Positions 31,673 to 35,429 of a stretch of DNA of 35,429 nt are shown here, in pieces (position 1 is the stretch's first letter; each line of letters starts with the position of its first letter). The notes beneath the pieces were generated by a model that worked only from the letters and a program-made list of their open reading frames with translations, did no database searches and was not told the DNA's origin. Source of the stretch: a virus. Its lineage: Duplodnaviria; Heunggongvirae; Uroviricota; Caudoviricetes. The DNA lies in IMG/VR virus record IMGVR_UViG_2531839330_000011, one strand, 5' to 3'. The position numbers and the translations under genes were made by a program.

Positions 31673-32782
31673 ATGACCGACACCACCATGCAATTGCTCA
31701 GTCAGGGCACAGACCCCGTGAAAATGCCGGATTTTGATATTCTCGCGGAGGGTAAAACGCTGTCCGGCGTGGCAGAGCGCCTGATGAGCCTGTCGCTGAC
31801 CGACAACCGGGGATTTGAGGCGGACCAGCTCACCATCACGCTGGATGATGCCGATGGCCAGTTGCAGCTACCGCCACGGGGCGCGCGTCTGACGGTTCTC
31901 ATTGGCTGGAAGGGAGAACCGCTGACAGAAAAAGGCACTTACATTGTTGATGAAATCGCTCACGAAGGACCGCCGGACAGGCTGACTGTTTCAGCCAGAA
32001 GCGCAGATTTTCGGGATGAATTTAACGTTAAACGTGAGGTGTCCTGGCATGATGTGACCGTTGAGCGTGTGGTATCCGCCATCGCTCATCGGTACGGTCT
32101 GAAACCGCAAATCAGCGAAATGCTGATGGATATCGAAATCGACCACGCCGACCAGACCGAAGAAAGCGACATGTCCTTTCTTACGCGCATGGCGGAAATG
32201 CTGGGCGCAATCACCACGGTAAAAAGCGGTAATCTGTTATTCATTATGCCAGGCGGTGGCGTGAACGCACAGGGCCAGCCGTTGCCATCGTTCGCCATCA
32301 CGCGCAGCAGTGGCGATCGCCATCAGTTCCGCATTGCTGACCGCGAAGCGTATACGGGGGTACGCGCTTACTGGCTTGATCTTAATTACGGGAAAAAGAA
32401 AAAAGTCAGCGTGAAACGCCGCAAACCGCCAAAACCCAAAAAGGAGAAAAGCAGCAGCCGTGAAGGTGATTATATGGAAGGTGCGGAAGGCAATGTGTTT
32501 GTGTTACGCAAGACTTATCAGAACGAGCAGGCAGCAAGACGCGCAGCGGCGGCAAAGTGGCAACAACTACAACGCGGAGCCGCATCATTCTCCATCACGC
32601 TGGCACGTGGACGAGCAGAACTCTACCCCGAAATGCATGGCACGGTAACAGGATTTAAAAGCGAGATTGATAATCAGGACTGGATTATTGCAAAAGCCGA
32701 GCACACCATTGATAACAGCGGCTTTACCACGCAGCTTGAGCTTGAGGCAAAAATCCCGGAATGGATAGCGGAAACAGAGTGA
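31673..32782 (+). CDS. D: Late control / tail protein D (P2 gpD-like)
   Basis: SLTDNRGFEADQL, SARSADFR and WHD motifs typical of the phage gpD family. Start set at ATG 31673 with GGGAGGG RBS. Confidence 0.88.
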   Translation: MTDTTMQLLSQGTDPVKMPDFDILAEGKTLSGVAERLMSLSLTDNRGFEADQLTITLDDADGQLQLPPRGARLTVLIGWKGEPLTEKGTYIVDEIAHEGPPDRLTVSARSADFRDEFNVKREVSWHDVTVERVVSAIAHRYGLKPQISEMLMDIEIDHADQTEESDMSFLTRMAEMLGAITTVKSGNLLFIMPGGGVNAQGQPLPSFAITRSSGDRHQFRIADREAYTGVRAYWLDLNYGKKKKVSVKRRKPPKPKKEKSSSREGDYMEGAEGNVFVLRKTYQNEQAARRAAAAKWQQLQRGAASFSITLARGRAELYPEMHGTVTGFKSEIDNQDWIIAKAEHTIDNSGFTTQLELEAKIPEWIAETE

Positions 32783-32824
32783 GCAACTTAGAATAGCGGC
32801 AGCACCACGTTAAAGGAGGTCGCT

Positions 32825-33085
32825 ATGTTCCGTTGTCCGCTTTGTGGCGCATCTGCCCGTATCCGCACCAGTCGTCCGGAAAATGATTCAAACACCGTGC
32901 GGCAAAAGTATTACCAGTGTAACAACCTGGAATGCGGCGTATGCTTCTCAACACTGGAAGCTTTCCATAAATTCACATCGAAACACGCCTCCGGCGTTCA
33001 CTCATCAGAAGGTATCCCGTGGCATGAGCTGCCAGCTTCACACAGGGGAAACAATCAGATGAGTTTGCCTTTACCTCAGAATTAA
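32825..33085 (+). CDS. ogr: Ogr/Delta-type zinc-finger late transcription activator
   Basis: MFRCPLCGASARIRTSRP...YYQCNNLECGVCF is a Cys4 zinc finger of the P2 Ogr family. Terminal position in the prophage, as in P2. Confidence 0.85.
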   Translation: MFRCPLCGASARIRTSRPENDSNTVRQKYYQCNNLECGVCFSTLEAFHKFTSKHASGVHSSEGIPWHELPASHRGNNQMSLPLPQN

Positions 33086-33108
33086 CAGGCAGAATTGCCG
33101 GAGTAACA

Positions 33109-33228
33109 AAAAAGCGATAGATTACGTGCGGGTGCCTTTCGGCTGATGGTCGGAGGGAATACCCGAAGGCCGGATGTGGAAAGGCCCCGGAAAACATTTC
33201 TGTTTAACCGAGGCCCTAACCCGTCAAC
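33109..33228 (+). repeat. Copy A of a roughly 100-120 bp element (imperfect direct repeat of 34121..34228), immediately upstream of the hok-like gene
   Basis: By-eye alignment of the two copies, about 70-75% identity, with shared core GTTTAACC-AGGCCCTA (33202..33218 versus 34205..34221). Confidence 0.5.
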
Positions 33229-33274
33229 CTAGCAAGTGATAGGTTAGCGCCTCTCCAACAAAGGAGCAAGCGCT

Positions 33275-33415
33275 ATGTCGCAAAAATCGCTTACGGCCAT
33301 CACGTTCTGCGTGACGGTAATCCTCATCATCTGGATGCTGCACGGTTCGCTGTGTGAAATACGGATGAGCTTCTGGGGAGCGGAGTTTGCGGCGTTCTTA
33401 CAGTGTAAGCAGTAA
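33275..33415 (+). CDS. Hok/Gef-family type I toxin (small membrane peptide), 46 aa
   Basis: MSQKSLTAITFCVTVILIIWMLHGSLCEIRMSFWGAEFAAFLQCKQ has one TM helix followed by the Hok signature SLCEIR and ...AAF.... AAGGAG RBS 9 nt upstream. Not in the supplied ORF track because it is under 60 aa. Confidence 0.7.
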   Translation: MSQKSLTAITFCVTVILIIWMLHGSLCEIRMSFWGAEFAAFLQCKQ

Positions 33416-33503
33416 GGAAACCGCGACGGGGAGGCAACTCCCCGTCAATCGGTTGCCGGGGTAAGGCCGATAAGGCACCCTATCTCATAGGCATGAATAA
33501 CAA

Positions 33504-33536
33504 CCCCGCAGCGTAAAAACTGCGGGGTTTCTTTTT
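33504..33536 (+). terminator. Rho-independent terminator (CCCCGCAG-loop-CTGCGGGG plus T-run)
   Basis: 8-bp GC stem and TTTCTTTTT tract downstream of the hok-like gene. Confidence 0.75.
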
Positions 33537-33604
33537 GGAACTCTCACTAGCTAGTGAGCCGTTAACTGCACATAATGCTCGCACAACAAATCAGTTAAAA
33601 GAGA

Positions 33605-33886
33605 TTACTCAGCATTCTCCTGCTTCCATTGCCGGATCATTTCATCGGTAACATCACTTTCATAACATACCACGTCATCCCCTCCAGTACGGCTATATGC
33701 ACTGCGTCCACCACATCTACTACCATTCCTTGCATGATTATACGGACACGCACAATTGCCTGGATAAGATTCAATGGATTCTTTAATTATTTCTTTCTTG
33801 ATCTGAGCATCTGACTTTCCTGTTGCTGCATACCCACTAAAAGATACCAAACAAAGGCAGATTGCCATTAATAAACCACATCGCAT
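33605..33886 (-). CDS. Small secreted Cys-rich protein of unknown function
   Basis: Start trimmed to the internal Met that opens a signal peptide (MRCGLLMAICLCLVSFSGYAA). Mature part has four Cys (CACPY...RCGG...VCY). Strongly AT-rich. Confidence 0.45.
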   Translation of the reverse strand: MRCGLLMAICLCLVSFSGYAATGKSDAQIKKEIIKESIESYPGNCACPYNHARNGSRCGGRSAYSRTGGDDVVCYESDVTDEMIRQWKQENAE

Positions 33887-34120
33887 ACCGATACACTCTA
33901 TTACTAACCAATCATAGCCCACATCATAAAATCGAGATGAGGAGTACAACACCTTTAACAAGAAGGTGCCATCACGATAATATGCCGTGCAATTCATCAA
34001 AAAAAAGATCTATATCAAAGAGATAGAGTTATTATCAGTGCTGCAGACATCAGCATTCGAGGCAGCAGAAAGACAGTAAATCTAACGAATTTGTCTTTTT
34101 CTCAGGATGTTGTCAGATTA

Positions 34121-34228
34121 AAAAAGATAGAGTAGCGCAGACACCTTTTGGTGGATGGTAGGAGGAAAAATGAAGTTGAGTGGGAAGATCCCAGAAAAAA
34201 CCTTGGTTTAACCAAGGCCCTAGTTCAA
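34121..34228 (+). repeat. Copy B of the roughly 100-120 bp element (see 33109..33228)
   Basis: Same by-eye alignment as copy A. No hok-like ORF follows copy B. Confidence 0.5.
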
Positions 34229-34359
34229 TATGCGAAATGCAGATGAGTTGCAGGAGAGTTTTGCTTCACCCTTAGAGTTTAAACAGACGTGTACTATCAT
34301 TATTTCTGCATATCGCCACACCATCGCCACTTTACCGCCATTTAACAAAATACAAATAC

Positions 34360-34383
34360 AAAAAAACCACCCGAAGGTGGTTT
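34360..34383 (-). terminator. Rho-independent terminator of the tRNA operon (minus-strand hairpin CCACC-TTCG-GGTGG plus T7)
   Basis: Plus strand reads AAAAAAACCACCCGAAGGTGGTTT, about 45 nt beyond the tRNA-Leu 3' end. Confidence 0.8.
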
Positions 34384-34426
34384 CACGACACTGCTTATTG
34401 CTTTGATTTTATTCTTATCTTTCCCA

Positions 34427-34513
34427 TGGTACCCGGAGCGGGACTTGAACCCGCACAGCGCGAACGCCGAGGGATTTTAAATCCCTTGTGTCTACCGATT
34501 CCACCATCCGGGC
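34427..34513 (-). tRNA. leuZ: tRNA-Leu (anticodon UAA)
   Basis: Reverse complement GCCCGGATGGTGGAATCGGTAGACACAAGGGATTTAAAATCCCTCGGCG...GGGTACCA matches E. coli leuZ as recalled, with long variable arm and encoded CCA. Confidence 0.93.
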
Positions 34514-34525
34514 TCGGGAAGAAAG

Positions 34526-34599
34526 TGGAGGCGCGTTCCGGAGTCGAACCGGACTAGACGGATTTGCAATCCGCTACATAACCGCTTTGTTAACGCGCC
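34526..34599 (-). tRNA. cysT: tRNA-Cys (anticodon GCA)
   Basis: Reverse complement GGCGCGTTAACAAAGCGGTTATGTAGCGGATTGCAAATCCGTCTAGTCCGGTTCGACTCCGGAACGCGCCTCCA matches E. coli cysT as recalled. Confidence 0.93.
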
Positions 34600-34653
34600 A
34601 AATTCTTCAGGCCTTTCAGCCAGACATCCGCTTGAGGCCGATGTCTTTTAAAC

Positions 34654-34729
<76 letters not shown>

Positions 34730-34880
34730 ATTCATCAAGCAATCAGTTAATCACTTGATTTTATTATCGTCTGGCAATCAGTGCCGCCGTTCGATGCGTT
34801 GCATTCTACTTACCTGGCGCGATGAGTCAACGATATTTTTCACCACTTTTGATCGTTTGCTGAAAATTACGCCGAAACGA

Positions 34881-35429
34881 TCACTGATCAAGCAAATCTG
34901 CACGCGCAGCGCTCAAATATTGCAACATTGACCACAGAGTCAGTACCGCAGCCACAAAGAAAAGTGCAATACCGGCGTACTCAACCCAAATGTTCGGACG
35001 CCACAGCAGCCAGGCCAACGCCACCATCTGGGCAGTGGTTTTCACTTTCCCAATCCAGGAGACAGCCACGCTACTGCGTTTACCCAACTCCGCCATCCAT
35101 TCGCGTAGCGCAGAAATAATAATTTCACGGGCGATCATCGTTGCCGCCGGTAAGGTCACCCACCAGCTGTGATAATGCTCGGTTACCAGCACCATGGCGA
35201 TAGCCACGAGAACTTTATCTGCGACAGGGTCAAGGAAAGCACCAAACCGGGTACTCTGGTTCCAGCGGCGTGCCAGAAAACCATCGAACCAGTCAGTCAC
35301 CGCCGCGACGCAGAAAATGAGCGCGGCGGCAAACGGCGACCAGGTGACAGGCAGATAAAAGACCAATACAAAGAATGGGATAAGGATGACACGGAACAGT
35401 GTAAGCAACGTAGGGATATTAAATTGCAT
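34881..35429 (-). CDS. pgsA: CDP-diacylglycerol--glycerol-3-phosphate 3-phosphatidyltransferase (host housekeeping gene)
   Basis: 182-aa multi-TM protein with the CDP-alcohol phosphotransferase motif ([10 protein letters not shown]...[10 protein letters not shown]). Gene order pgsA-glyW-cysT-leuZ is the E. coli arrangement. Start codon at the last bases of the window. Confidence 0.9.

Larger units (their letters stand above)
1..33100. mobile_element. P2-family (Peduovirus-like) prophage, int through ogr; left attachment site lies outside the window, right boundary approximate
   Basis: Contiguous P2 gene order int, repressor, cox, A, (cargo), Q, P, O, N, M, L, X, lysis, R, S, V, W, J, I, H, G, U, T, E, FII, FI, D, ogr, recognised from translated ORFs. 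Host genes (tRNAs, pgsA) follow on the right. Confidence 0.85.

Overview
The window is almost entirely one P2-family (Peduovirus-like) temperate prophage of about 33 kb, running from a tyrosine integrase at the left edge (1..1002, minus strand) to late-control gene D and the Ogr zinc-finger activator at about 33.1 kb. Beyond it lies a short AT-rich accessory segment (a Hok-family type I toxin and a small secreted Cys-rich protein) and then E. coli-like chromosome: the leuZ-cysT-glyW tRNA operon and pgsA. All canonical P2 modules are present: lysogeny switch, rolling-circle initiator A, portal Q, terminase P, scaffold O, capsid N, terminase small subunit M, head completion L, lysis cassette, baseplate V-W-J-I, tail fibre H with its chaperone G, and the tail sheath/tube/tape-measure block with the E/E' frameshift. 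The parts the P2 backbone does not explain, and where a new system is most likely to sit, are: (1) two genes inserted in the lysogenic operon between the repressor and int (a membrane-anchored protein and a secreted protein); (2) the A-to-Q interval, which in P2 holds tin/old and here holds a ParM/ParR-like actin-type partition pair plus an 89-aa Cys/His protein with a long, structured, GATC-rich leader; (3) a roughly 300-bp highly structured non-coding segment in the early region; (4) the Hok-like toxin with a duplicated upstream element. The other P2 accessory position, between G and FI, is empty. All protein identifications are from reading the translations and recalled family features; no database search was run.
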